Shown: positions 8,369 to 18,052 of the stretch, piece after piece
How positions within the stretch are numbered: position 1 is the first letter of the stretch
Layout: each line of letters begins with the position of its first letter
Source: a bacterium
GTDB taxonomy: Bacteria > Armatimonadota > HRBIN16
Length of the DNA: 37,048 nt
Assembly (NCBI GenBank): GCA_025054895.1
Contig: JANWYZ010000001.1
Span: 1 to 37,048 of the forward strand
Direction: 5' to 3'
Translations under genes and position numbers: made by a program
The notes under the pieces: generated by a model
What the model was told of the DNA's origin: nothing
Database searches by the model: none
The model's input: the letters and a program-made list of their open reading frames with translations, nothing else

Positions 8369-9202
8369 CTATCCCCCCGTGAAAAAACGGAGTATCCGAT
8401 GCAGCGTGTGTTTCAGTTCCTTGCGCGGCACCACGATATCCACCATACCATGTTCCAGCTGGAACTCGGCGGTCTGGAAGTTAGGCGGCGGCTTGACCAC
8501 CTGAGCCTGCTGTGCCACACGTTGTCCCGCGAAGCCGACGAGCGCGCCCGGCTCGGCAATCACCACGTCGCCTACGGAGGCATAGCTGGCGAGCACCCCC
8601 GCCATCGTTGGGTCGGTGAGCACGCTGATATAGGGCACACCTGCCTCATGCAGCCTGGCAGCGGCGGCGCAGGTTTTCGCCATCTGCATCAGCGATAGCA
8701 AGCCTTCCTGCATCCGTGCGCCACCGGAGGTAGAGCAAATAACCACCGGCAAACGCTGCTCTAACGCATACTCCATCGCCCGAGCCACCTTCTCGCCCAC
8801 TGCGCTGCCCATGCTGCCGCCCATGAAGGCGAAATCCGCCACCGCCAGCACAATCGGAATGCCTGAAAGGTTACAGACCCCGCTCACTATCGCTTCCGGC
8901 AAACCTGAGTTTGCTCTGCCCCTACTCAACTTGTCTGCGTATTCAGGAAAGCCCAGCGGGTCAGCGGAGACTACCTCGGCGTCTCGCTCCACGAATGTGT
9001 CGGCGTCTGCCAGCAGATCGATGCGCTCGCGCGCGGAGAGCCGATGGTGATGCCCACAGCGCGGGCATACTTTCAGATTCCTCTCGAAGTCGCGGGCGAA
9101 CAGAATCTGTTGACAACCATTACACTTCACCCAGGCGTCATTCATCTCGTCCATTGCCACCCTTTCCGCAGGGCTTCGCCTCGCGAACCATCCCCTTTGC
9201 AT
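8369..9202 (-). CDS. accD: Acetyl-CoA carboxylase carboxyltransferase subunit beta
   Basis: ATG 9202 with AGGAGGGA 7 nt upstream. N-terminal zinc ribbon CNGCQQ...CPRCGHHHRL. Core GGSMGSAVGEKV...GGARMQEG. It ends 5 nt before accA. TAG stop. Confidence 0.95.
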   Translation of the reverse strand: MQRGWFARRSPAERVAMDEMNDAWVKCNGCQQILFARDFERNLKVCPRCGHHHRLSARERIDLLADADTFVERDAEVVSADPLGFPEYADKLSRGRANSGLPEAIVSGVCNLSGIPIVLAVADFAFMGGSMGSAVGEKVARAMEYALEQRLPVVICSTSGGARMQEGLLSLMQMAKTCAAAARLHEAGVPYISVLTDPTMAGVLASYASVGDVVIAEPGALVGFAGQRVAQQAQVVKPPPNFQTAEFQLEHGMVDIVVPRKELKHTLHRILRFFTGG

Positions 9203-9290
9203 CCGCTTATCCCTCCTGTGCAGGCAGGATTAGTCTCACTTCAAGCCGAAATCTGCCCCATCAACATCTCTGCGCAGGGGTGATGCGCCT

Positions 9291-10352
9291 TTGACCATAC
9301 ACGACCTCCGTAAAGAGATTGACCAGATAGACGAACAAATCCTGCAGCTGCTGAACCGTCGGGCGGAGCTGGCGCAGCAGATTGGCAAAGTGAAGGCGCG
9401 TTCACGCACGCAGTTCTTCACGCCGGAACGAGAGCAGCAGATATACCGCCGCCTGACCCAGTTGAATAAGGGACCGCTCTCCAACCAACAGCTGCGGGCG
9501 GTCTTTCGCGAGATTATCTCCGCTGCGCGTGCGCTGGAGAAACCTCTGGTTATCGCTTACTGGGGACCGCCCGGCACGTTCAGTCACCAGGCAGGAGTGC
9601 TCAAGTTCGGTACCAGTAGTGAGTTTGTACCGGTGGACTCGATTCAGGAGGTGTTCCACGAGGTAGAACGCTCCAGCGCAGATTACGGCATTGTTCCCGT
9701 AGAAAACTCCACCGCCGGCGTCATTCCTGAAACGTTAGACCAGTTTATGCATACAAACCTGAAAATCTGTTCGGAGCTGTATGTACCGATTGCCTACTAT
9801 CTGGTATCGCTGACCACACTCGAGAACGTCAAGCGCGTGTACACGGGCGCGCAGCCTCGTGAGCAGTGCAAGGGGTGGCTGCGTCAGCACCTGCCTGGCA
9901 CCGAGATTGTAGAGGTTTCTACCACTGCCCGCGCTGCGGAGATGGCGAAAGAAGATACGGTGTCCGCTGCCGTAACCAATGCGTTGGCGGCGCAGATGTA
10001 CGACGTGCCCATCATCTGCGAACATATCGAGGATAACCCGCATAACCGCACGCGCTTCCTTGTTATCGGTTATAACGAGCCAGAGCCGACCGGCAAGGAT
10101 AAAACCTCGCTCATGTTCTCGGTACAACACCGCCCGGGTGCCCTCTTCCGTGCGATGGCGGCTTTTGAAATGTACAACGTGAACATGACCATGATTGAAA
10201 GCCGTCCGACCAAGCTGGTACCGGGAGAGTACATCTTCTATGTGGACGTTCAGGGGCATATCAAGGATGCTCCTGTTGCCAAGGCGCTGGCAGCTTTGCG
10301 CGAGCGGAGCCTGTTCGTGACCGTGCTGGGTTCATATCCCGAAGCGGAGTAG
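9291..10352 (+). CDS. pheA: Bifunctional chorismate mutase / prephenate dehydratase (P-protein)
   Basis: TTG start 9291 with GGGGTGA about 8 nt upstream. There is no in-frame ATG upstream of the chorismate mutase helix. CM domain LRKEIDQIDEQILQLLNRRAELAQQIG, PDT domain IAYWGPPGTFSHQA, ACT domain TSLMFSVQHRPGALF...IESRP. Confidence 0.9.
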   Translation: MTIHDLRKEIDQIDEQILQLLNRRAELAQQIGKVKARSRTQFFTPEREQQIYRRLTQLNKGPLSNQQLRAVFREIISAARALEKPLVIAYWGPPGTFSHQAGVLKFGTSSEFVPVDSIQEVFHEVERSSADYGIVPVENSTAGVIPETLDQFMHTNLKICSELYVPIAYYLVSLTTLENVKRVYTGAQPREQCKGWLRQHLPGTEIVEVSTTARAAEMAKEDTVSAAVTNALAAQMYDVPIICEHIEDNPHNRTRFLVIGYNEPEPTGKDKTSLMFSVQHRPGALFRAMAAFEMYNVNMTMIESRPTKLVPGEYIFYVDVQGHIKDAPVAKALAALRERSLFVTVLGSYPEAE

Positions 10353-10601
10353 CGAGTCAAACTTCAGCCTGTCGGAGGGGCGCGTTTTACCGAGGCAAGG
10401 CACGCGGCCCGGAGTTTGCCTAACGTACGGTTTTTTCGCGCTACGGGAGGCAAAAAGCAGGATTCTGGCACGATTCTTGCAGTATCTACTGGATGGAAGT
10501 GATGCGGCACTGCCGCGGGGTTTGCCCGTGTTCGCCGCCCGCGCCCATCGAGGTTGGGGAAGCGTAGCACCGGGCGAGGTACGAAACAGGAGGAAGTTGC
10601 A

Positions 10602-10805
10602 ATGCAAACCGGTACCGTGAAATGGTTTAATGACGCCAAGGGCTACGGCTTCATTAAGCCAGACGACAGCGACAAGGACGTGTTCGTGCACTACACGGCG
10701 ATCCAGATGCGCGGGCACAAGACCCTCACCGAGGGACAGCGCGTGCAGTTTGAAATCGTGGAGGGCGCGAAAGGTCCACAAGCCGCAAATGTGATTGCAC
10801 TATAA
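10602..10805 (+). CDS. cspA: Cold-shock protein (CspA family, 67 aa)
   Basis: ATG 10602 preceded by AGGAGGAA (10588-10595). [18 protein letters not shown]...DVFVHYTAI carries the RNP1/RNP2 motifs. A 249-nt untranslated gap upstream is consistent with the long csp 5' leaders known in other bacteria. Confidence 0.93.
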   Translation: MQTGTVKWFNDAKGYGFIKPDDSDKDVFVHYTAIQMRGHKTLTEGQRVQFEIVEGAKGPQAANVIAL

Positions 10806-10830
10806 GGCGGCTCTTATCTCTGAAAAACAG

Positions 10831-10859
10831 GCGCCGGCTCGTCACAACCGGCGCTTTAT
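10831..10859. terminator. Probable bidirectional intrinsic terminator
   Basis: GCGCCGG (10831-10837) / CCGGCGC (10848-10854), 10-nt loop. It is flanked by AAAAACAG upstream and TTTAT downstream. It lies between the convergent csp (+) and FHA operon (-). Confidence 0.6.
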
Positions 10860-10973
10860 CGCCGCTAATAGGTAGCGACCTTGCACAGAATCTGAAAACT
10901 GTCCACAAGCTGATACTCTGCCCTAACCGCTGATTGAGAATGCGGCAGAGCGCATCCCTTAGAATCGGCTGGA

Positions 10974-11062
10974 CGGTCACGCCCTGTCGTGACCGAAACT
11001 CCGGCGACTCGGCAGCAGCCTCGCCCTCCAGCCCCCTGCCATTCTGGGCGCAGCATAAGACG
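10974..11062. repeat. Degenerate copy of the composite palindromic repeat
   Basis: Perfect 8-bp stem-loop CGGTCACG-CCCTGT-CGTGACCG (10974-10995). CCCTCCAG at 11024-11031. TGCCATTCTGGGCGCAGCATAAGACG (11037-11062) is related to the TGTCATGCTGAGC...GCGAAGC arm. The module order matches 78-133 and 24835-24937. Confidence 0.55.
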
Positions 11063-11072
11063 TGAGGTGCGC

Positions 11073-12542
11073 TTATTCTACCCTCATTTCTGTGCCGCCA
11101 AAACGCAGTATATCGCCTATCTGTACTGCTTGCTGTTGCACAGGCTGTCCGTTCACAAAGCTGCCGTTGCGCGAACCTTCGTCAATCAGTACCCACTGGT
11201 TGCCTTGCCTCTCCAGACGCGCGTGCCGTCGGCTGACGGTGGGGTCAAAATCTATCTGCACATCACGCCCCGGCTCCCTGCCGATGGTAATCACGTCGCC
11301 CTGCAGGGCGAAGGTCGCACCAGCCCTCGCGCCAGCCAGAATAACCAGTTTGGTAGCGACCGCTCCCGCAGCAGGTCGCACCGCAGCTCCGGACGATGTC
11401 TGCAGCGCAACAGGCAATGCCGCTGATGGAATCGCTACCTGTGCAGCCGCGCCGGGTACGACACTGCACGCGCACTGTCCGGTAACCGGGTGCTTGCGCT
11501 CACCGCAGTACGGGCACAGGTAATCGGGAAGGGCAGGCCGTGATACAGGCTTTTCTAAACGCTCCATCGCTTCACGTACCAGCGAGCGAGTGGCTTTCTC
11601 GAAAAACTGCAGACGCATGGAAGCTATCTGAATCGTGTCGCCGTCTTTGAGCCATGCCTGCTGGACCGGTTGCCCGTTGAGCAAAGTGCCAGCGGGCGTT
11701 GCGAGGTCCTCCAGCAGATGTCGATTCTGTTGCCTGAGGATGCGGGCGTGTTGTGGGGCGATTTGCGGGTCGCCAAAGAGAGGAATGTCAGCGTATTCAT
11801 CTCGTCCGATGATGCATACAGGTTTGTCCACAGGATATTCCTTGCCCTCGTTGCGCCCTACAACCACGCGCACCCACGCCGCCTTCAGCGCCTCCTGCAC
11901 CAGCGCGATGAAGAACCCAATACTGGCGCCCAGCACGGGAAAACCTACCGCCCGCCCTGGTGCGCCAATCTCTACCCGTCCGCCACCGGACATCGCAAGG
12001 TACAGCGGGGTGAATATGAGGGTAAAAATCTCAAAGGCAACGCCGCCCAGCGCGCCACCGAACGCGCCTCCCACCGTGCTATGCCACCAGCGTTTGACAG
12101 ACCCCGTGACCGCCCCTACAGCCACGCCAATGCCAGTGCCGAAAAACATCCAGCCCAATGTGCGGGGCACAATGTCAGTGACAAATCCCAGAGGGGTTGG
12201 GGTTGCCCCTGCGCCTATCGGATTGCCCAGCAGCTCGCTTAGCGTGCCGTACACCAGATTACCCAGAAAGAGCGCTATCATCGCGCCAGGCAAACCGATC
12301 AGCGCGGCAACAAACCCCTTTCGCAACGCCTGAGCAGGCAACCCTCGCGTGAGGCTATCTACCATGCCCAGCGAAAAACCATAGCACGCTCCCAGAATGA
12401 CAGACAGCCAGACGGTTTGCTGGATAGCAGCTGCCGGGTCAAAAAGCGCTCTCTGGTGATCAAGCAGAGGCTCCTGTATCAGGAAAGCCACTAGCCCGCC
12501 TGCACCACCCAGCACCAGACCCAGCAGCAGCCTGCCTATCAT
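11073..12542 (-). CDS. Polytopic membrane protein with two FHA domains and a Cys-rich zinc-ribbon-like motif
   Basis: The N-terminal ~220 aa are Gly-rich with about 6 hydrophobic helices. Then come a degenerate FHA (IIGRDEYADIPL...QHARI...LLNGQPV), the Cys motif CPYCGERKHPVTGQCACS, an Ala/Pro linker and a canonical C-terminal FHA (IGREPGRDVQIDFDPTVSRRHARLERQGNQWVLIDEGSRNGSFVNGQPV). Confidence 0.8.
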   Translation of the reverse strand: MIGRLLLGLVLGGAGGLVAFLIQEPLLDHQRALFDPAAAIQQTVWLSVILGACYGFSLGMVDSLTRGLPAQALRKGFVAALIGLPGAMIALFLGNLVYGTLSELLGNPIGAGATPTPLGFVTDIVPRTLGWMFFGTGIGVAVGAVTGSVKRWWHSTVGGAFGGALGGVAFEIFTLIFTPLYLAMSGGGRVEIGAPGRAVGFPVLGASIGFFIALVQEALKAAWVRVVVGRNEGKEYPVDKPVCIIGRDEYADIPLFGDPQIAPQHARILRQQNRHLLEDLATPAGTLLNGQPVQQAWLKDGDTIQIASMRLQFFEKATRSLVREAMERLEKPVSRPALPDYLCPYCGERKHPVTGQCACSVVPGAAAQVAIPSAALPVALQTSSGAAVRPAAGAVATKLVILAGARAGATFALQGDVITIGREPGRDVQIDFDPTVSRRHARLERQGNQWVLIDEGSRNGSFVNGQPVQQQAVQIGDILRFGGTEMRVE

Positions 12543-12545
12543 AGT

Positions 12546-13841
12546 TCACACTTCCCATCGGAAGAAAGTTGCGCCTATCTGTATCTCGTCGCCTGGGCGC
12601 AGGGGTTGTTCGGTAATGCGCACGCCGTTCACCCACGTTCCGTTAGAAGAACCTTCATCGCGGATAATCCAGCTATCGCCTTGTTTCAGCAGGCGGGCAT
12701 GATGGCGGCTGACGGTGTTATCACGCTCCAGCAGGATGGTGTTGCCTACCTCGCGCCCAATGCTTGCCTCCGCGCCCGTAATCTCGAAAATGGTTCCACC
12801 GTATGCCCCACGCGCCCCTACCAGACGCGGCGTGGTTGCGACAGCAGTAACCGCAGGCGTGGTAGAAACAGAGGACGAGGCCGCGGGCGTGACCGAACAG
12901 GCGCACGCTCCGGTAACGGGGTCTACCGGTTGCCCGCAGAAGGGGCAGTGTCCCTCGGGAACCTGCACCGCTGGCTTCTGGACGGGTTGTGCAGGCGGCG
13001 GAGTAGACGGCGTTTGGGCAATATCGATGCCCAACTGCTTCAGCGCGTCGGGGATGGTGAGTTGCTTGCGCTTCCAGATGCGATACCCCCCGTAAATCAC
13101 CCCCGCCAGCACCAGCAAGCCAAACAAAGTGTTCCATACGGGAAAAGCGCGAGGTGGTGGCGCGGAAGGCGACGCCGTCGGTTGGGTTTGGGAAGCAGGC
13201 TGAGGCGCAGTGGGCGCAGCGTCCAGCACGGGCGCACCGCTGGAGATGACCATCGTCAGGGTCACGACGGGGTCGGCTCGTTCCGCTTGAATCTCCGCCT
13301 CTTGCGATGCGGTGAGATTATTGCCATAGTTCACCAGCACGCTCACCTTGCCCAGCTTCACCCGCTCCAGCGATACCGTTCCCCCCTGCGAGGGCTCCAG
13401 CAGGGCGGTATGGATGGTGTTATTCGCGTCGGTGAGCATCACAAACGCCGCCGCAATAGGTTTGTCATCGGGCGTTTGCAACCGAACCTGCACACGCATC
13501 GCGTACTGAAACTGGTCTGGCGTGACGGATACGGTAGCGTCGTTGGGCTTCAGGGCGATTAAGGCGAGGTTGCCATACCGGACATCGTATACCCCCACTC
13601 GTGCGCCTTCTAAGGTTTTATCGGCGGCGTCAGCAAAGCGTTTTTTCAAGGAGGCGATGTCCAGCTCTACCTTACCGCCCACGCTCTCGTTGGGCGGCAG
13701 AAAAACCGTTTGCGCGTTCGCCGACTCCAGCCACACCAGATACTTGCCCTCGCTGGGCACGTTGACGGTGACCTTATCGGGAAGCGCCCAGACCACTGTT
13801 GCGACAATCGTCAGACATATCACCCATGCCATGCGCGACAT
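12546..13841 (-). CDS. Bitopic membrane protein: extracytoplasmic beta-rich domain, TM helix, zinc-ribbon-like motif, C-terminal FHA domain
   Basis: I prefer ATG 13841, preceded by GGGAGGA...AGGAAAT. The ORF-track start is 13961. Signal-anchor MSRMAWVICLTIVATVVWALP, about 230-aa ectodomain, P/A/S/T linker, TM helix LFGLLVLAGVIYGGYRIW, CPFCGQPVDPVTGACACS, then FHA (IGREVGNTILLERDNTVSRHHARLLKQGDSWIIRDEGSSNGTWVNG). The stop is 3 nt before the next FHA gene. Confidence 0.8.
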   Translation of the reverse strand: MSRMAWVICLTIVATVVWALPDKVTVNVPSEGKYLVWLESANAQTVFLPPNESVGGKVELDIASLKKRFADAADKTLEGARVGVYDVRYGNLALIALKPNDATVSVTPDQFQYAMRVQVRLQTPDDKPIAAAFVMLTDANNTIHTALLEPSQGGTVSLERVKLGKVSVLVNYGNNLTASQEAEIQAERADPVVTLTMVISSGAPVLDAAPTAPQPASQTQPTASPSAPPPRAFPVWNTLFGLLVLAGVIYGGYRIWKRKQLTIPDALKQLGIDIAQTPSTPPPAQPVQKPAVQVPEGHCPFCGQPVDPVTGACACSVTPAASSSVSTTPAVTAVATTPRLVGARGAYGGTIFEITGAEASIGREVGNTILLERDNTVSRHHARLLKQGDSWIIRDEGSSNGTWVNGVRITEQPLRPGDEIQIGATFFRWEV

Positions 13842-13967
13842 ATTTCCTGTCCTCCCGGACTTATGGACGCGCCGGAGCGCATCCCTCCAGTGGCACATGC
13901 ATCCTGCACGTGGAATCACGGGCGCAACGCCCACGCCATATTGAGAGTTAGGACACGACAAAGCGCG

Positions 13968-15530
13968 TCACTCCAGCGCCTCGCAGCGGTTTATCGCCTG
14001 TGGCAGGTATCGGATAATGTCTCCCGCAATCAGTCCTGCCATGCCCACGCGCTCCGCCGCAAGGTCTCCCGCCAGTCCGTGTATATAGACTCCCGCCACT
14101 GCGGCGTCCTCTCCACTCATTCCTTCTTGCGCCAGCAAACCTGCTATTACCCCGGTCAACACGTCGCCGCTGCCGCCCGTTGCCATACCCGCGTTGCCGG
14201 TTGGGTTAATCCAGATTCCGCCATCGGGCGTAGCGACCACCGTACGTGCGCCTTTCAACACCACCACCGCCCCGAGTCGCTGCGCCGCCTGCTGCGCTAT
14301 CCCCAGTCGGTTCGCCTGCACCGCCTCTGTGCTGATACCCATTAGCCGAGCCATCTCGCCCGGGTGCGGAGTAAGCACTAGCTGTGGATGCTTATCGGGC
14401 AGGATGTCGGGCTGCAGCGCAATGCAGTTGAGGGCGTCCGCGTCAATGACGCAGGGCACTCGCGCCACACTCAACAGCCTTTTCAACGCCTCGCGAGCGG
14501 GCGGATGCGTGCTCCAGCCCGGCCCGATAGCAAGCACATCTGCTCTCTCCAGCAAGGGCGTCATTGCTTCAACCGAATCTTCGCTCAGACAGCCTTCTGG
14601 CGCGTCGGGCATCGGATGCACCATCACCTCGCGCAGGGCGCTCGCTGCCGCTGGGTAGATGCTTTGCGGAACTGCGACCGAACATAACCCCGCCCCAACA
14701 CGCAACGATGCCTCCGCCGCCATCATGGGCGCGCCTGCCAATCCTGCAGACCCCCCCACTACCAGCACATACCCGAATTGCCCTTTGTGCGCATCAGGCA
14801 GCCGTCGTGGCAATCGGCTACGTACATGCTCCCGTGTTATTAGACGGCGGAAGATGCCCGCCTGTGCCACCACTTCTTCGGGAATGCCGATGTCGGCGAC
14901 CACCACCTCGCCTGCATACTCTACCCCAGGGTAGACCGCCAGTCCCACCTTCATCGCGCCGAAGGTAACTGTAAGATTGGCGCGTATGGCGCAGCCGCAT
15001 ACCGCTCCCGTGTCGGCGTCGATGCCTGAAGGCACATCTACTGCCACTACCGGCGCGTCGCCGTGCGCCTCGAAAAAGCGGATGACATCGCCAATTAACC
15101 CGCGTACTCCGCCCTGAATACCGACACCCAGCAAGGCGTCTACCACCAGATGCCATCCCCGTTCCCAAACAGCAGTCAGTTCATCAGCCGAACGCAGCAC
15201 GTGCAGGGGCAAGCGTAGCTTTTGTACGATGCGCAGGTTGGCGAGGGCGTCGCCAGTCATCCTGTCTGGTTCGGCGGCAAGCACCACCTGCACCTCAGCA
15301 CCGCGTTGCGCCGCGTGCCTCGCCACCACCAGCCCATCGCCGCCGTTGTTGCCGCCCCCGCACAGCACCAGCACCCGCTTGCCCTTCCAGCCGCCAAACC
15401 GCCTCTCCGCATGGTTCACCACCTGCAAACCCGCGTTCTCCATCAGCAGCAAGCCGGGGATGCCGAACTCCTCGATGGTTCGGCGGTCCATCTGGCGCAT
15501 CTCTTCGGCGGTCACCAGCACTGGTAACAT
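13968..15530 (-). CDS. nnr: Bifunctional NAD(P)H-hydrate repair enzyme (epimerase / ADP-dependent dehydratase, YjeF family)
   Basis: N-terminal YjeF_N domain (VLVLCGGGNNGGDGLVVARH). C-terminal carbohydrate-kinase-like domain (VVGGSAGLAGAPMMAAEA...TGGSGDVLTGVIAGLLAQ). Confidence 0.9.
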   Translation of the reverse strand: MLPVLVTAEEMRQMDRRTIEEFGIPGLLLMENAGLQVVNHAERRFGGWKGKRVLVLCGGGNNGGDGLVVARHAAQRGAEVQVVLAAEPDRMTGDALANLRIVQKLRLPLHVLRSADELTAVWERGWHLVVDALLGVGIQGGVRGLIGDVIRFFEAHGDAPVVAVDVPSGIDADTGAVCGCAIRANLTVTFGAMKVGLAVYPGVEYAGEVVVADIGIPEEVVAQAGIFRRLITREHVRSRLPRRLPDAHKGQFGYVLVVGGSAGLAGAPMMAAEASLRVGAGLCSVAVPQSIYPAAASALREVMVHPMPDAPEGCLSEDSVEAMTPLLERADVLAIGPGWSTHPPAREALKRLLSVARVPCVIDADALNCIALQPDILPDKHPQLVLTPHPGEMARLMGISTEAVQANRLGIAQQAAQRLGAVVVLKGARTVVATPDGGIWINPTGNAGMATGGSGDVLTGVIAGLLAQEGMSGEDAAVAGVYIHGLAGDLAAERVGMAGLIAGDIIRYLPQAINRCEALE

Positions 15531-15533
15531 CTG

Positions 15534-16268
15534 CTACCCCTCCTGACGTGCTGAGAGAATGGCCCGCACCCTTTCTAAATCCTCCTCCGTATCCACGCCG
15601 ATGGAGGTTTGCTCCACGCGCACCATGCGGATACGGTAACCGTTCTCCAGCACACGCAGCTGCTCCAGCATCTCCATCTGCTCCAGCGGCGTCGGCTCCA
15701 TCGCCGCGTACTGTAACAGGAAGTCACGCCGGTAGGCGTAGATGCCCAGATGTTTATACGTTACGGCAGGCGCGGAAGGCTCGCGAGGGTAGGGAATGCG
15801 TGAGCGGGAGAAGTACAGCGCGTTGCCCATGCGGTCTACCACCACTTTCACCACCGTTGGCTTGTCCTTCTCCTCATCGGTGGCAAGACACATCAGACTG
15901 CTCATCGGTAGGCTGGGGTCTTCGATGAGCGGGCGCGCCACTGCGTCGATGTTCTCCGGAGGCATCAAAGGCTCGTCGCCCTGGATGTTGACGATGACAT
16001 CGGCAGAAAGGTCTTGCGCCGCTTCCGCCAGCCTCTCCGTGCCGGAACGGTGGGCAGGCGAGGTCATCACCGCGATACCACCGAACCCCTGCACCACGTC
16101 AGCGATTTCTTTATCAGGCGTGGCGACTATCACCTCACGCAGCGTTTTCGCCTGCTTGGCGTTATGCCACACCCACCAGATCATCGGTTTGCCCGCAATG
16201 TCCAGCAGTGGCTTGTTCGGCAGACGAACCGCCGCCAGCCGCGCGGGAATCATGCCTACCACTTCCAT
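15534..16268 (-). CDS. kdsB: 3-deoxy-manno-octulosonate cytidylyltransferase (CMP-KDO synthetase)
   Basis: MIPARLAAVRLPNKPLLDIAGKPMIWWVW...NIQGDEPL is typical KdsB. I prefer ATG 16268, with GGGAGGAG 6-9 nt upstream and no overlap with purC. The ORF-track start 16376 overlaps purC. The start choice is uncertain by a few codons. Confidence 0.88.
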   Translation of the reverse strand: MEVVGMIPARLAAVRLPNKPLLDIAGKPMIWWVWHNAKQAKTLREVIVATPDKEIADVVQGFGGIAVMTSPAHRSGTERLAEAAQDLSADVIVNIQGDEPLMPPENIDAVARPLIEDPSLPMSSLMCLATDEEKDKPTVVKVVVDRMGNALYFSRSRIPYPREPSAPAVTYKHLGIYAYRRDFLLQYAAMEPTPLEQMEMLEQLRVLENGYRIRMVRVEQTSIGVDTEEDLERVRAILSARQEG

Positions 16269-16273
16269 GCGCT

Positions 16274-17200
16274 TCATCTCCTCCCTGTAATACGTCGGTA
16301 CGCCTCGCGGTATTTCTCGGAGGTTCTCGCTACGACCTCCTCCGGCAAAGTGGGCGCGGGTGGAGTCTTGTCCCACCCTGTGCTTTCCAGCCAGTCACGC
16401 ACGTACTGTTTGTCGAAGCTCGGTTGCGAGCGTCCGGGCGTATAATCGTCCACTGCCCAGAAACGCGAAGAGTCGGGAGTTAAGACCTCGTCAATCAACA
16501 GAATCCGTCCGTCTTTCTCGCCGAACTCGAACTTTGTGTCGGCGATGATAACGCCCTTTTGCGCAGCCTCCTCGCGAGCGAAAGAGTATATTTGCACACT
16601 CAGGCGAGCCAGATCTCGCGCTACCTCGCCAATGAGCTGTACCGCCTGTTCCAGGCTAATGTTCTGGTCGTGACCTGTTTCCGCTTTAGTTGCCGGGGTG
16701 AAGACGGGTTCGTCAAGGCGGTCGCTCTCGCGCAGTCCGGCTGGCAAGGCGATGCCGTGTAGAATGACGGCTTTTTCCCTGCCGCCAGCCTGCACGTACT
16801 CCTTCCACAGGGAGCCAGCCAGATACCCACGCACCACGCACTCGATGGGATAGGGCTTTGCCTTCACGACCAGCATCGAGCGTCCGTCCAGCATCTCACG
16901 CACGCCAGCGTCTACTTGCCCACCTGCCGCAATTACCGCTTCCGCAATCGCGTCGATGTGCGAGCTGATCAGGTGGTTGGGCACGATGTGTGCCGTGCGC
17001 TCGAACCAGTATAGCGAGAGCTGTGTTAATACACGTCCCTTGTCCGGAATGCCGTTGGGCAGCACGACGTCAAAGGCAGAGATACGGTCGGTAGCCACAA
17101 TGAGCAGCGCGTCGCCAAGGTCGTAGATGTCGCGTACCTTACCCCGCTTCGGCTCTGGTAAGCCCGGAATGTGAGTGTATACTACTGTTTGCATATTCAT
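16274..17200 (-). CDS. purC: Phosphoribosylaminoimidazole-succinocarboxamide (SAICAR) synthase
   Basis: [47 protein letters not shown] is the long-form PurC signature. Candidate starts are TTG 17203, ATG 17200 and ATG 17194, with AAGAGG just upstream. Confidence 0.92.
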   Translation of the reverse strand: MNMQTVVYTHIPGLPEPKRGKVRDIYDLGDALLIVATDRISAFDVVLPNGIPDKGRVLTQLSLYWFERTAHIVPNHLISSHIDAIAEAVIAAGGQVDAGVREMLDGRSMLVVKAKPYPIECVVRGYLAGSLWKEYVQAGGREKAVILHGIALPAGLRESDRLDEPVFTPATKAETGHDQNISLEQAVQLIGEVARDLARLSVQIYSFAREEAAQKGVIIADTKFEFGEKDGRILLIDEVLTPDSSRFWAVDDYTPGRSQPSFDKQYVRDWLESTGWDKTPPAPTLPEEVVARTSEKYREAYRRITGRR

Positions 17201-17372
17201 CAAGCCTCTTACGCAAAGGATGAATGGTCTGCTTCTGCGAATCCTGTTTTAGAGGAGGTAGGTGGTGCAGGCATGCAATATTCCTGAGTACCCAGTGAAT
17301 TCGTTCGTTGTCCAGACGGAGATTCCTGCTCCTGAAGACAGCGCAGGCAGTAATGTGGACGGAGGGAAACCG

Positions 17373-18026
17373 ATGCGTGTGCTTATTGTCACCGGCGGAC
17401 ATGACTTCGAACGCGAACCGTTTTTCGAGATGTTCAGAAGCTTCGAAGGTGTTGCCTTCGAAGAAGCGCAACACCCCAACGCTCACGCTCGCCTGAAGCC
17501 TGAAGCCGCCGGAGGATACGACGTAGTGGTGCTGTACGACATGTGGCAGTCTATCAGCGAGGAGAGCAAAGCGGCGTTCGCGAAGCTGTTCCGAAACGGC
17601 AAAGGACTGGTTGCCCTGCACCACAGTCTGGCGAGCTATCAGCTCTGGGACGAATACCGGAATATCATTGGTGGCAGGTGGCATACCGAAAAATGGAAGC
17701 AAAACGGTGTGGAACGCCCTGCCTCCACCTTTCAACATGATGTACAATTTAAGGTACATGTCGTCGATAGAATGCACCCTGTCACCAGAGGAATACAGGA
17801 TTTCAACATCCGTGATGAAACTTATGGCAACTTCGAGATGCTACCGAAGGTCAAACCGCTACTAACTACCGACGAGCCGACCAGCAACCGCGTCATTGCG
17901 TGGGCGCATACCTACGGCAGGTCGCGCGTGGTATACATCCAGCCTGGACACGACCATTTCGCTTATGAAAACCCGAGTTACCGTCGGTTGGTGGCGCAAG
18001 CAATCCGCTGGGTGGGGGGCAGATGA
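17373..18026 (+). CDS. ThuA-domain (trehalose-utilisation-like, class-I glutamine amidotransferase fold) protein
   Basis: ATG 17373 preceded by GGAGGGAAA (17361-17369). MRVLIVTGGHDFE...GLVALHHS...HPVTRGI...DETYGNF...WAHTYGRSRVVYIQPGHD matches the ThuA family pattern. Confidence 0.8.
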   Translation: MRVLIVTGGHDFEREPFFEMFRSFEGVAFEEAQHPNAHARLKPEAAGGYDVVVLYDMWQSISEESKAAFAKLFRNGKGLVALHHSLASYQLWDEYRNIIGGRWHTEKWKQNGVERPASTFQHDVQFKVHVVDRMHPVTRGIQDFNIRDETYGNFEMLPKVKPLLTTDEPTSNRVIAWAHTYGRSRVVYIQPGHDHFAYENPSYRRLVAQAIRWVGGR

Positions 18027-18052
18027 TAGCAATAATCAAGGGAGGTAACGAG

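Noticed and set aside
10353-10601. Intrinsic terminator for pheA around the T6 tract at 10431-10436, and a defined csp promoter or cold-box.
   Set aside because: The only stem I could draw (AGGCAA 10393-10398 / TTGCCT 10416-10421) has a 17-nt loop and is separated from the T-tract by 9 nt. I saw no convincing -35/-10 pair. The region is left as an unannotated long csp leader.
17204-17372. Possible purine or ZTP (pfl) riboswitch in the purC 5' region. On the minus strand it reads ...ACTGCCTGCG...CCGTCTGGACA..., vaguely like ACUGGCG / CCGCCUGGGCA.
   Set aside because: The conserved ACCGGG element and the P1/P2 pairings are missing, and the matches are short and imperfect. I cannot support it without a covariance-model scan (Rfam RF01750, RF00167).
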